From Candidatus Margulisiibacteriota bacterium (GTDB taxonomy: Bacteria; Margulisbacteria; WOR-1; O2-12-FULL-45-9), in assembly GCA_034723395.1 (NCBI GenBank), contig JAYEOW010000033.1, forward strand, positions 1 through 36,719: a stretch of DNA of 36,719 nucleotides. The letters run 5' to 3'. The notes beneath the pieces were generated by a model, which was given only the letters and a program-made list of their open reading frames with translations, was not told the origin of the DNA and ran no database searches. Position numbers and translations under genes: made by a program. Each line of letters starts with the position of its first letter. Position 1 is the first letter of the stretch. Shown in pieces: positions 9,776 through 19,773 of this stretch.

Positions 9776-10633
9776 ATGCCAGGTCAAGAATTAGGAACAA
9801 AAGGAATACTTCGCAAACCATTACGATTCCAGTGGTTGAATCGTAGCAAACAACCACATCCACTCATTGCTCGGCAAAGAGTAGATGAAACTAGGAAAGG
9901 ATTACCAATCGATCCTACCGATACAAACTTTCCGGCCGATCGTTTACAAGAAATGGTGGCTAAAAGCCAAATAGAAACCAGATCTTTCGATCCTGGATTT
10001 CCAGAAGCAGCATTAGCTGCATTTTTACACGGGTTAAAAATTAGCATAGAGGGCATGACTTTCGATTTTGTTATAAAGGAGAAGAGTATGTCTTTATATC
10101 TTGGAGTCCGCGTTTTAAAAGATAAAGCTCTCTCCCCCCTTGAACCATGGCAGGTCCCTTGGTCACAAAGAGACAGATTTCAAGGATTGAACGCACAAAT
10201 TAAATTTCTCCCTCACAGGGCAACCGATTTGAGAAAAAATTATTTCGGCACCGAAACTCACGAAGGTCTTGGTTGGATCGAATTCGATGTCCCAGCTGCG
10301 GGGAATTTATTTAATCTTCATATTATGAATATTCAAGAAGATATTTATTTTGTAGAAGAGGGTCGCAGACAATTGCCCCTCTCCCCAGCTCACCGCAGGA
10401 AGTGGCACCTTTTGAGAGAATGGAAACACTTAGCTGTTGCTGCTCTTGAGGATCTGGCTCCGAGATTAGGATTACAATCGCTTATTGCGCCAAGAAACCA
10501 AAAGTATCCACATCTTTATGATGGTATTTTCTCTAAGAGATTAAATTATGATGGTTCCGGTATCTATCTGCTCCAACCTCCTATTAGTAAAAGAGTGGGA
10601 TATTGGACTACTCATTTCAGCAAACAAGGATAA
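9776..10633 (+). CDS. Hypothetical protein (orphan, 285 aa)
   Basis: Long ORF preceded by the motif; no recognisable domain. Confidence 0.7.
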   Translation: MPGQELGTKGILRKPLRFQWLNRSKQPHPLIARQRVDETRKGLPIDPTDTNFPADRLQEMVAKSQIETRSFDPGFPEAALAAFLHGLKISIEGMTFDFVIKEKSMSLYLGVRVLKDKALSPLEPWQVPWSQRDRFQGLNAQIKFLPHRATDLRKNYFGTETHEGLGWIEFDVPAAGNLFNLHIMNIQEDIYFVEEGRRQLPLSPAHRRKWHLLREWKHLAVAALEDLAPRLGLQSLIAPRNQKYPHLYDGIFSKRLNYDGSGIYLLQPPISKRVGYWTTHFSKQG

Positions 10634-10668
10634 TCACAGATTCATCTCCGGATTCCCCCTGAAATTTC

Positions 10669-10770
10669 TGCAGGGGCTTCGCCCCTAGCATCCCCCCACG
10701 CAGCTAACTCGGCTGGACACAGCTTCGCTCTGCCAGCCTCAAACAGAGCCGCTAAAAGGAGCTTATTATT
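10669..10770 (-). repeat. Right copy of the composite inverted repeat
   Basis: 10690-10770 is the reverse complement of 9490-9590 without its insertion; 10669-10688 approximates the reverse complement of 9694-9713. Confidence 0.85.
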
Positions 10771-10775
10771 ATATT

Positions 10776-10801
10776 GAAATTTCTCTCAACTATTATCGAT
10801 A
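10776..10801 (+). promoter_or_regulatory. GAAATT-N16-GATA motif, copy 4
   Basis: GAAATT TCTCTCAACTATTA TCGATA; ATG 10812 lies 10 nt downstream. Confidence 0.65.
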
Positions 10802-10811
10802 ATATATTGTC

Positions 10812-11270
10812 ATGAAAATAATATATCGATATCCAATTTTAGCAAAACCATTACCTGCGCAGGCCTTAAGATCGGTCTTTTATCGCGCTTATCTACGTAG
10901 AGAAACTGCTTCAGCCAAGCCAGCGTTAAAAATGCTTATGTCTAAAATCAAAACTGGTAAATTCAGGCCGCATTACAACCGCGCTGAAATTGATAAATTA
11001 TTCAGAGACCAAGTCCTTGCCCCCTACGGAAGCGGAAGGTATTTGCACGAAAGAAAACTTGATTCGATCGGCTGCTGGAATGATCTATTGAATAACCTCG
11101 CTACTATAGCTAAATCAAATCGCGATTATTTAAGAGAGAGCAGAAACGATCCCCCGGAAGATAGATTAGATGCCGCCAGAGATGTCCAACAAGGCATCAT
11201 TAAGCTAAAAATAATCGAGGATTACATCTATTATCATCCAGAAATATTAAGCGGCGTTATTACAGATTGA
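10812..11270 (+). CDS. Hypothetical protein (orphan, 152 aa)
   Basis: ORF preceded by the motif; convergent 3' overlap with the next gene. Confidence 0.6.
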   Translation: MKIIYRYPILAKPLPAQALRSVFYRAYLRRETASAKPALKMLMSKIKTGKFRPHYNRAEIDKLFRDQVLAPYGSGRYLHERKLDSIGCWNDLLNNLATIAKSNRDYLRESRNDPPEDRLDAARDVQQGIIKLKIIEDYIYYHPEILSGVITD

Positions 11271-14200
11271 TCTCCAAATTCCCCGTAATATCGGTCAGCT
11301 TATAATCCGGCGCACGGCCGATTTCATGTTCTGCCTGGATAGTAAAATCGACATATTCAGAGATCGAATATTTATACCTCAAAGAAAAATCGTTTACTTC
11401 ACTCTCCGCTCCGGAAAACGATCGTGAATGGACATAATCGAAATCTACACGAAGTTTATCCCCTACCCGATAGATAAATCCAACGCCAGGAGAAATTGTA
11501 TAGATCACATTAGAAAGAATATAATCGGTCGTCCGGCTGAATGATCCGGATACCGAATAAGCCCAAAAATCGGAAACATTCCACATTCCCTTAAGGGAAC
11601 CGGTGTGGGTTTTGGTATCGGTGACGTTTGAGGTGGATTCCCCACTCCCCTCATCGGTCTTTTGATAAGTGTAGCGGGAGTCGATCGAGAATTTTTCAGA
11701 AAGCGATGTTTTGGTAATCACATCAAAAGTTTTTCTATCCGTCCTCCCCTGTGTATAAGAATATGGCTCCTGGGTTGCTGCCAGCGTATTTGAGAACGAA
11801 TTTTCGATCTGATAATTTATTTCTGTGGATAACTGCTGAAAAGGGGCCATTTTTAGAGTATAAAGTGTTGAGTTTGTATCTTCATTCTTCTCCTTCACCG
11901 TATAATTTGGATAATCATTATTATAGACCGTATAATTATTCCCTAATTTACGAATCAGCCCCAGCATCACCACTTTAGTCGGCACTAGATTGATCTCCGC
12001 CTGCTGCTGATCGTTGTTATAGCTAAGAGTTTTTGTCCTTAGAATTTGAGTAAAATTCGGTTTATACAGATACCTCATCCGTAAATATTTGTAAGGACGA
12101 AGATCAAAAGAGAACGATCCGCTCTGCCTGGAGACCGCTTCAGATGTAGTTGCAAACTCATCCAGCAAAGAAGTGATCGTATATTTACCATCGGTCTTAA
12201 AGATCGGGTGCGGCTGCGCGCGATAAGATAGATCGGTTACGTTAGTCTGTCCATCTTCACTATCGTCAATGATCTGAAACGAAGAAGAGAATAAAAAGTT
12301 TTTGGAAGGAGTCGCTGACAAATTAAGATTATAGGTTCGCTTATAGGGTTCTAATCCGGTCGGCTCAGTTCGATTCTCAAGCTCGACATTCGAAGTAAAG
12401 GTAACTTTCTCAAGCCCAATCGTTGCCAGGCCGAGATTTACCCTCCGGTAATCGGTCACCTCTTCCGATGGAGAGCGTCTAAGCCATTTCTCAAGTGTAC
12501 CTTTTAGACTAGTTGAGAAAATTCCCGCTTGATGAATAGTCTCAACCGAATTTTTGGTGATCACCCGGCGGATCGAACTCCCGGTTACCGGATCGTTACT
12601 CTCATCGGTCTCATTGAAAACATATCCAAGGGAAGGAAATTTATCAGGAGTAAGTTTTGCTTTACCCAATTTATAAAGATTCTCATACATCACCCCACCC
12701 TCCAAATACCTCTGGTACGAATAATTTCCCTGAGAAAGGAAAAGAGAATTCGGCCGATAGCTCAATCCTCCAGCATACTCCCAAACATCTTCCTTTGGAT
12801 CAGGATCGGCGATTTTGTCAAAATGAGGGCCCACACTTTTTAAACTGGCAGTTATCCCAAAGGGCCCATAACTTGAGGCCATATTAAATTTAGAAGCGAT
12901 CCCCGATTCTTCTGTTCCCAACTTCCTGGCCGAATAAGCGATCTCACCATCAGCAGTCAGATTATCGGTAACCACTGTCAGATCAGTACCAACCACATAA
13001 TGACTAACCGGCTCCGCGCTGCTCACAACCTGCCCATCACTTACAATATCCGAATCATTTATATATGTTGCTCCGACCTTTAGATTTGGGCTCGGCTTAA
13101 TAAAACCGCGTAACCCGTAAGTAGCGTGCTGATACACGGTCTGCCGGTAATCATAGTTGACCTGAATAATCGACTTGGGGTCGACCACCCCCTTGATAAA
13201 GGCAATACTGCCGGACTGATAATCGATCGTATAATCATCACCCCGTTTTTGGAGGATGCCGTCAACCGTTACCCGCTCGCTGTCAATGACCAGCGGTGAA
13301 AACTCAAGCTTATATGGCCCCTGGGTCCCGTCCCCGTACATCCGGTCATATTTTGCATCTCCCTTAGGTGATGAATAAAGTGAAGAAAACCCCCACCTAC
13401 CGTAATCCCCTTTGATCCATCCGCCCGAAAGGACTTTATCAAGCCGGGTAAACTCAGTATCGGTAAACTCTGCCGTAAAATCACCCAGAAAAGCTTCGGT
13501 ACTCCCCCGCCTTAAGCGGATCGATATCTTTTCTTCGTTCTCTCCAATATATGAAATTCCCAGCGCTGAACTCTTATAAAAAGTCGCGTCAATGCTTGTC
13601 TCTTCCGCGCTTCCGGAAATATTTATGCGCAGTATCTCTTCGCGCGTCTGTTGGGTCCCCGGCACGTATCCCTCTTTTGACCCTTCTAATGACCGGGTTT
13701 TAAAAGTTATGCTCTGGCTCCCTTTGATCAACAGCGGTGATGATTCAGGACTCACAACCGTCACTTTAATCGCTTCTCCGGTAACCAGAGGCGGCAGCTC
13801 ATCTTCTTCATCAGGAATAAAATCGAGGGGAGATCGGGCGTCGGGTTCGCCGCCCATAATTTCCGGAACTGCCTTTTTAAATGATTTATACCAGACTACA
13901 CTTTTTGACCACTGAGGCTTAAATCCCTTTGGATCGAATTTTATATGTTTTATCCATACAGTAAAAAAGTGCCCCCCCTCTTGATAATCTTTTGGGATCT
14001 TGAACCTTGCCCACCAGTACCCGTTGCGATATACCATGGGGATTTTTACTTCACGGTCCGAATAAAGGGTTACTTTCTGGGCTGGAGCAAACGTACGCAA
14101 GCGTAAGGTAGTAGTTTCTCCAATGTCCGGAGGGTATTTAGGGAAAAAACTTAAGGCATAATCCTTTGTATAGATAGCTTCTTCGTAAAGTACATTTTGA

Positions 14201-14289
14201 GCGGTCCCGACGTCATAGAAAGAAATCAGCGCAAATAAAAACAAAACGACCAATATTATGCGGCGCCTTAAACGTCCATTAATGGACAT
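11260..14289 (-). CDS. Large outer-membrane beta-barrel-like protein with a SprA-like internal motif
   Basis: Signal peptide; LQKRGDDYTIDYQSGSIAF..IQVNYDY motif; alternating beta-strand pattern over the C-terminal ~600 aa; SD AAGGAG. Confidence 0.7.
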   Translation of the reverse strand: MSINGRLRRRIILVVLFLFALISFYDVGTAQNVLYEEAIYTKDYALSFFPKYPPDIGETTTLRLRTFAPAQKVTLYSDREVKIPMVYRNGYWWARFKIPKDYQEGGHFFTVWIKHIKFDPKGFKPQWSKSVVWYKSFKKAVPEIMGGEPDARSPLDFIPDEEDELPPLVTGEAIKVTVVSPESSPLLIKGSQSITFKTRSLEGSKEGYVPGTQQTREEILRINISGSAEETSIDATFYKSSALGISYIGENEEKISIRLRRGSTEAFLGDFTAEFTDTEFTRLDKVLSGGWIKGDYGRWGFSSLYSSPKGDAKYDRMYGDGTQGPYKLEFSPLVIDSERVTVDGILQKRGDDYTIDYQSGSIAFIKGVVDPKSIIQVNYDYRQTVYQHATYGLRGFIKPSPNLKVGATYINDSDIVSDGQVVSSAEPVSHYVVGTDLTVVTDNLTADGEIAYSARKLGTEESGIASKFNMASSYGPFGITASLKSVGPHFDKIADPDPKEDVWEYAGGLSYRPNSLFLSQGNYSYQRYLEGGVMYENLYKLGKAKLTPDKFPSLGYVFNETDESNDPVTGSSIRRVITKNSVETIHQAGIFSTSLKGTLEKWLRRSPSEEVTDYRRVNLGLATIGLEKVTFTSNVELENRTEPTGLEPYKRTYNLNLSATPSKNFLFSSSFQIIDDSEDGQTNVTDLSYRAQPHPIFKTDGKYTITSLLDEFATTSEAVSRQSGSFSFDLRPYKYLRMRYLYKPNFTQILRTKTLSYNNDQQQAEINLVPTKVVMLGLIRKLGNNYTVYNNDYPNYTVKEKNEDTNSTLYTLKMAPFQQLSTEINYQIENSFSNTLAATQEPYSYTQGRTDRKTFDVITKTSLSEKFSIDSRYTYQKTDEGSGESTSNVTDTKTHTGSLKGMWNVSDFWAYSVSGSFSRTTDYILSNVIYTISPGVGFIYRVGDKLRVDFDYVHSRSFSGAESEVNDFSLRYKYSISEYVDFTIQAEHEIGRAPDYKLTDITGNLEINL

Positions 14290-14403
14290 CTTTGTGTCTC
14301 CTTTCTTTTTAATGTTTCGTAATGTTCCGTGATGTTTCTTCTCTCTGCAACCTTATGGAACTTTTCGGAACCTACCGGAACACCACAGAACCTCTCTATA
14401 TAC

Positions 14404-14429
14404 TATCGACACATTTTAGCGGAAATTTC
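14404..14429 (-). promoter_or_regulatory. GAAATT-N16-GATA motif, copy 5
   Basis: Minus strand GAAATT TCCGCTAAAATGTG TCGATA, upstream of the start at 14289. Confidence 0.6.
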
Positions 14430-14485
14430 GCTTTTTCAATTAATTATAACCCATCGAATTTATTCCGCGCAATCTCCCCTTTTCC

Positions 14486-14514
14486 TTGATAATACCATAA
14501 AAATATGCTAGAAT
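14486..14514 (+). promoter_or_regulatory. Sigma70 promoter of the trehalose operon (probably leaderless)
   Basis: TTGATA-17 nt-TAGAAT with a TG extension; ATG 6 nt downstream. Confidence 0.6.
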
Positions 14515-14520
14515 CATAAT

Positions 14521-15996
14521 ATGCCTTGGACAAAAGAAAGCCTAAAAGAGCTAATACAAGATAAATTAAAAGACTACCTCTTTGTAGTTGCCTCAAATCG
14601 TGAACCCTACATCCATAAATACAGCGGAGAAAAGATCGGCTGTTTTAGGCCCGCTTCGGGTGTAGTTACCGCGCTTGACCCGGTCCTCCAGGCCTGCAAC
14701 GGTATCTGGGTAGCCCATGGAAGCGGCGATGCTGATAAAAAGGTGGTCGATTCAAAAAGCCGGGTAAGGGTCCCCTGCAATGTAAAGAGTCCGAGCTACA
14801 CACTAAAAAGGGTTTGGATGAATAAAGCCGAAGAGGCTGGCTATTATTACGGATTTTCTAACGAAGCTTTCTGGCCCCTCTGTCATATCGTATATGCAAA
14901 ACCGAAGTTTAATGAGCCTGACTGGAACTACTATAAAGCGGTAAACGAACGCTTTGCTAATGCAATATTAGAAGAGATCGATGATAAAGAGGCATTCATC
15001 TTCCTGCAGGATTATCATTTGACCCTGGTTCCCAAAATAATCAAAAAGGCCAACCCGAAGGCCAAGATCGTCCATTTCTGGCATATCCCCTGGCCCAATC
15101 CCGAAGTCTTCCGGATCTGCCCGTGGAAAAATGAGATTTTAGAAGGACTATTAGGGGCAGATCTTTTGGGATTCCATCTCCACTATCACGTTGATAACTT
15201 CCTCGAAACGATCAACCAGAATATGGAAGCAAAAGTAGATAAGGTCGCCTCATCGGTCGTTTATGGCGGGATCGAAACTTTGGTCCGCCCCTATCCAATT
15301 AGTATCGATAGCGAAAAGATCGCTGCCGAAGCTGCCACCAAAGATGTCGAAAAAGATATAAAAAAGGTAAAAGATCAGCTCGGGATTACCAGTGAGCTGA
15401 TCGGGATCGGTACCGACAGGGTTGATTACACCAAAGGGATACTAGAGAAATTCCAGGCGATTGACCGGTTCTTAGAGAAATATCCCGAATATCAAGGGCG
15501 TTTTGTCTATATCCAGATCGGGTCGTTGAGCCGTATCCACCTCGATACTTATAAGAAATTAAACGACGAGATCAATAGCCTGGTTGAACGGATCAACTGG
15601 AAATACTCCTCCGATAACTGGTCGCCGATTATATTTATCAGGAAATACTTTACTCCGCAAGAACTATTAGCAATTTATCGGATGGCAAATCTTTGCATCA
15701 TCTCCTCCCTCCATGACGGGATGAACCTGGTTGCCAAAGAGTTTATCGCCGCTTCTGGTAAGAATAAAGGGATGCTCCTCCTCTCCAAATTCACCGGAGC
15801 CGCCAGAGAGCTTACCGAATCCGTTATGTTCAATCCTTATAATCCGGAAGAGTTTGCCGATAAGATCAAGGACTCTCTGACTATCCCCGAAAAAGAGCGC
15901 GAAGAACGCATGCAGAAAATGAAAGCGATCGTTGAGGAGAACAATATCTTCCGCTGGTCAGCTAAGATCATCCAGGCGCTACTAAGACTCTCCTGA
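14521..15996 (+). CDS. otsA: Trehalose-6-phosphate synthase (GT20)
   Basis: ASNREP, YYGFSNEAFWPLCH, QDYHL, HFWHIPWP, DRVDYTKGI, DGMNLVAKEF, LSKFTGAA. Confidence 0.95.
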   Translation: MPWTKESLKELIQDKLKDYLFVVASNREPYIHKYSGEKIGCFRPASGVVTALDPVLQACNGIWVAHGSGDADKKVVDSKSRVRVPCNVKSPSYTLKRVWMNKAEEAGYYYGFSNEAFWPLCHIVYAKPKFNEPDWNYYKAVNERFANAILEEIDDKEAFIFLQDYHLTLVPKIIKKANPKAKIVHFWHIPWPNPEVFRICPWKNEILEGLLGADLLGFHLHYHVDNFLETINQNMEAKVDKVASSVVYGGIETLVRPYPISIDSEKIAAEAATKDVEKDIKKVKDQLGITSELIGIGTDRVDYTKGILEKFQAIDRFLEKYPEYQGRFVYIQIGSLSRIHLDTYKKLNDEINSLVERINWKYSSDNWSPIIFIRKYFTPQELLAIYRMANLCIISSLHDGMNLVAKEFIAASGKNKGMLLLSKFTGAARELTESVMFNPYNPEEFADKIKDSLTIPEKEREERMQKMKAIVEENNIFRWSAKIIQALLRLS

Positions 15997-16718
15997 TGAA
16001 ATATCTTCTCTTTTTGGATTATGACGGCACCCTTACTCCAATTGTAGACAAACCATCCCTCGCTGTTTTATCCGTCCCCCGCCGCAGATTATTAAAAAAA
16101 GCGTCAAAAAACCGGCAAATAAAGATCGCGGTGGTTAGCGGCCGTAAACTATCCGACCTTAAACAGAAGGTCAATATCAAAGGGATCTATTATGCAGGCA
16201 ATCACGGGTTTGAGATCGAAGGGCCTAAAGTTAGAGTGATCCATCCCAAAGCAAAAAAAATCATCCCTACCCTGGTAAAAATAAAATCCAAACTAAAAAA
16301 CGCTTTAAAAGGGATCTCGGGGATAATCGTCGAAGATAAAGTCTTGACCTTAAGCCTCCATTACCGCCTGGCCAAGACAAAAGATCTAAAGCGGATCGAT
16401 CGGATATTCCATTCGGTTACCGCGCCGTATAAAAGCATACGGGCCACGCATGGTAAAAAAGTTTATGAAGTAAGGCCAAAAGTAAAATGGGACAAAGGGC
16501 AAGCGGTTTTATGGTTAATAAAAAAAATAGCCAAAAAAAACAAGGCGGTCCCGATCTATATCGGCGATGATGTCACCGACGAAGACGCGTTTAAGGTCCT
16601 CAAGCGGAAGGGGCTGACCCTCCGGGTCGGCCGGTCAAAAAACAGCAGCGCGCAAAGGTTTCTGCGAAACGTAAACAGCGTTTACAATTTCATAGAATCG
16701 CTGCAAAAGATGTGTTAG
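15996..16718 (+). CDS. otsB: Trehalose-6-phosphate phosphatase (HAD)
   Basis: FLDYDGTLTPI, VSGR, YAGNHG, DKGQAV, YIGDDVTDEDAF. Confidence 0.95.
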   Translation: MKYLLFLDYDGTLTPIVDKPSLAVLSVPRRRLLKKASKNRQIKIAVVSGRKLSDLKQKVNIKGIYYAGNHGFEIEGPKVRVIHPKAKKIIPTLVKIKSKLKNALKGISGIIVEDKVLTLSLHYRLAKTKDLKRIDRIFHSVTAPYKSIRATHGKKVYEVRPKVKWDKGQAVLWLIKKIAKKNKAVPIYIGDDVTDEDAFKVLKRKGLTLRVGRSKNSSAQRFLRNVNSVYNFIESLQKMC

Positions 16719-16729
16719 AATAAATCCCG

Positions 16730-17396
16730 ATGGAAGAAATTATACCGAAACTGGAGACCATCTTTTCGGATTACCGGTATCTGGTCGCCGCCAGCGCTTA
16801 TCTGATCTGGCTCGGTATCAGCTGGATAATAGTCAAATTGTTCGAAGAATCCGCCCATCGGTTCATTAAAAAAGCCGATGGAATAGTCATCAAAGAGGCA
16901 AAATTCCCCCTCTGGTTTATTTTGATCTTTGTCGGCTTTTTTGTGGTAGCCAGAACAGTAGGCCTGCCCCCCAGGATAATTCCTTATGTTGACCGCTTTA
17001 CCCAGCTTTCGGTCATCTTCATGGTGGTTTACTTTATCGTCCGCCTCTTTATAAATTTTATCGAGGTAGGCGGCAAGCGCAATCGTGGGCTAAAAAATAT
17101 GATCCCCACCTTCTCGCGGATCATTGACGTATTTATCTGGGGCGTCGGGATATTTATGCTGATGGACATCTTCGGCATATCGATCACCCCGCTGATGGCC
17201 TCTTTAGGGATCGCCGGTTTGGCGATCGGCCTCGCCTTACAGGATACCCTGAGCAACTTCTTTTCCGGGCTCTATATCCTGCTTAGCCAGCCGGTCAGGG
17301 TTGGAGATTATATCGAGATCGAAAACGGCCTAAAAAGAAGGGATCGAGATCCCTTTTCCGGTCCGCACTGTCCATATGAAGGGAGAAGGTAAATGA
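16730..17396 (+). pseudogene. mscS: MscS-family mechanosensitive channel with internal deletion and frameshift
   Basis: GIAGLAIGLALQDTLSNFFSG..PVRVGDYIEI, then at about 17333 the sequence jumps to another frame reading KEGIEIPFPVRTVH...*, the MscS C-terminus. Confidence 0.8.
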
Positions 17397-18157
17397 GCAC
17401 GGGTTTAGGTTGCGCATCCTTCCATTTCTGCACCTCTTCCCTATTGATTGAGATCACCGGTAAAAGCGCTCATCATCTTAAAGAATTTGTCCGGATCTTA
17501 AAAGAGATCGACGAATCTTCGATCTTTTTCCACGTCCACAACGCGTTCCGCGAATACAGTTTTGCCCCCGGCCAATATTCCAACGATTTCGCCCGCTGGG
17601 TAGCCGAAGACCTCAAAGAAAGCACTCTGGCCGAAAAGCTCTCCTCGGTCTACGCGCTCGATTTTACCGACCTCAACGCGATCCGGGACCGGTTTGTCGA
17701 GATCATGGAAGATCACCTAAGCACCGCAGTTGAGATCAGAAAAGCCTCTCCCGGAAGAGAGTTTCACTTTTTACGCTCGATTGCTATAGTTTCGAAGACC
17801 CCCTATCAGGCCAAAGATCTCGAAGAATTTTCTACCATGCTAAAAAGGGTCGGAATGCGTTCTTTGTACTTCCACTTCTTTGACGCCCGTCTAAGGTTGG
17901 GCCATAAGACCAACGACTTCTCGATCTGGATCAGGAATTGCCTGCAAAATGAAAAGGTCGCTGATGAGATCGATGCGCTCGATCCCTACCTTATGACCAT
18001 GGACCAGTTGCGCGACCGCATTGTAGATATCTGCCAGGGAAGAATAAATAATAAACTGTTCTCCATGATCATTAGGATTCCCTGTGAGATCGCGCATGAT
18101 ATATTTACTTTCGGCAAGAGAATTTATCGGCTTTTGTTCAGGTGGATAAATGAGTAA
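17393..18157 (+). CDS. DUF5752 family protein (TreT-associated)
   Basis: Two internal repeats (SIFFHVH..NDFARWV and SLYFHFF..NDFSIWI); directly upstream of treT. Confidence 0.8.
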   Translation: MSTGLGCASFHFCTSSLLIEITGKSAHHLKEFVRILKEIDESSIFFHVHNAFREYSFAPGQYSNDFARWVAEDLKESTLAEKLSSVYALDFTDLNAIRDRFVEIMEDHLSTAVEIRKASPGREFHFLRSIAIVSKTPYQAKDLEEFSTMLKRVGMRSLYFHFFDARLRLGHKTNDFSIWIRNCLQNEKVADEIDALDPYLMTMDQLRDRIVDICQGRINNKLFSMIIRIPCEIAHDIFTFGKRIYRLLFRWINE

Positions 18158-19400
18158 GAAAGCAAACCCAAAATCAAAAATCACCTTGGCCGATTACGCA
18201 ACCATTATCCGTCCGCAAAACTTTGAAGAAATCATAATGCTGGCCGATAAATTACGCGGCAAGACCATTAAAATGGTAAACTCAACCGCCGAGGGCGGCG
18301 GGGTTGCCGAAATGCTTCACCGGGTCGTCCCCCTCTTTAATGAACTCGGCTTAAAGGTTAAATGGGAAATTATTAAGGGGCGCGGCGAGTTCTTCAATGC
18401 AACTAAGGCGTTCCATAACGCCCTGCACGGTAAAAATAGCGAGATCACCCAAAAGATGTTCGATGTCTACAACGAGATCAACGAAGAGAACATAAAAGAA
18501 ATGAGCTTTGACGAAGACATCATGCTGATCCACGATCCGCAGCCCGCCGCGCTGATCAAGATGAAAAACAAATGTGATGCGCGCTGGATCTGGCGCTGCC
18601 ATATCGATACCTCCCACCCCAACATGCAGGTCTGGAATTTCTTAAAAAAATATATCAGCCAATACGATGCTTCGATCTTCTCTGCCCCGGGATTCGCCAA
18701 GGAGCTCCCGATCCCGCAATATATGATCTATCCGGCAATCGATCCCTTTGCCGAGAAAAACCGCGAATTAACCCATTACGAGATCAATTCGGTAATGAAG
18801 CGCTTTAATATCCCGATGGACAAGCCAATCATCACCCAGGTCTCCCGTTTCGATTATCTCAAAGACCCGATCGGCGTATTTGAAACTTACAAATTGGTCA
18901 AGAAACATGTCGACTGCCGTTTTGTTTATGCCGGCGGCACTGCCAGCGATGATCCGGAGGGAAACGAGGTATTAAACCTGCTCAGAGAAAAGTGTAGCGG
19001 TGAAAAAGATTTCCACATTCTTCTGCTCCCTCCATTTTCTGATTTTGAGATCAATGCTCTGCAGCGAGCCTCTTCCATCGTTCTGCAAAAATCACTGCGC
19101 GAAGGATTCGGCTTAACCGTTACCGAAGCGATCTGGAAAGGAAAACCGGTCATTGCCAGCGCGGTAGGCGGGATCCCGCTCCAGATAATCAATAATTTTA
19201 CCGGGATATTGGTCCATTCGATCGAAGGGGCCGCTTACCAGATCAGGTATCTGCTGAGCAATCCAAAAGTGATGCAAAAACTCGGGGAATACGGGAAAGA
19301 ACACGTCAGGGAAAAATTTCTGCTTACCAGAAACCTAAGGAACTATTTACTGCTATTCCTAAGCTTGTATTATCCGGGGAAAAGCGTAATCGAGGTCTAA
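18150..19400 (+). CDS. treT: Trehalose synthase TreT (GT4 glycosyltransferase)
   Basis: VNSTAEGGGVAEML, IHDPQP, WRCHID, QVSRFDYLKDP, QKSLREGFGLTVTEA. Confidence 0.9.
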   Translation: MSKKANPKSKITLADYATIIRPQNFEEIIMLADKLRGKTIKMVNSTAEGGGVAEMLHRVVPLFNELGLKVKWEIIKGRGEFFNATKAFHNALHGKNSEITQKMFDVYNEINEENIKEMSFDEDIMLIHDPQPAALIKMKNKCDARWIWRCHIDTSHPNMQVWNFLKKYISQYDASIFSAPGFAKELPIPQYMIYPAIDPFAEKNRELTHYEINSVMKRFNIPMDKPIITQVSRFDYLKDPIGVFETYKLVKKHVDCRFVYAGGTASDDPEGNEVLNLLREKCSGEKDFHILLLPPFSDFEINALQRASSIVLQKSLREGFGLTVTEAIWKGKPVIASAVGGIPLQIINNFTGILVHSIEGAAYQIRYLLSNPKVMQKLGEYGKEHVREKFLLTRNLRNYLLLFLSLYYPGKSVIEV

Positions 19401-19401
19401 G

Positions 19402-19773
19402 CTAACCATTTTTTATATATTTTTTCAACTTGTTTAAAAGGTCTTCGATCTCAAATGGCTTCATCACCACTTCGTCAGCGCCCGCCTGCAGGCATTTTGC
19501 TTCAATATCCGGGACATCGAAAGCGGTTACCGCAATAACCGGGATATTTTTTGTTTTCGGATCGCCCTTTATCCGCCGGCAAACCTCAAAACCGTCAATG
19601 CGCGGAAGCATAATATCCAAAAGAACAGCGTCCATCGGGGACCTCCCGATAATCTTTAGGGCTTCCTCTCCTGTTTCGGAGGTCTTTACAGCATAGCCCG
19701 CCCCTTTCACAATCTCGGTAAGCATTATTAAAGTTTCGGGATAATCTTCGATAATTAATACCGTCTTAGCCAT
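19402..19773 (-). CDS. Single-domain response regulator (receiver)
   Basis: VLIIED, LLDIMLPRIDG, IPVIAVTA, KPF. Start reassigned to ATG 19773. Confidence 0.9.
   Translation of the reverse strand: MAKTVLIIEDYPETLIMLTEIVKGAGYAVKTSETGEEALKIIGRSPMDAVLLDIMLPRIDGFEVCRRIKGDPKTKNIPVIAVTAFDVPDIEAKCLQAGADEVVMKPFEIEDLLNKLKKYIKNG

Noticed and set aside
9583..9846. 87-aa ORF
   Set aside because: It runs through the hairpin cluster and a promoter motif and overlaps the 285-aa ORF; probably spurious.
10661..10690. Additional GAAATT motif copy
   Set aside because: No GATA at the +22 position; the same applies to GAAATT at 14422(+).
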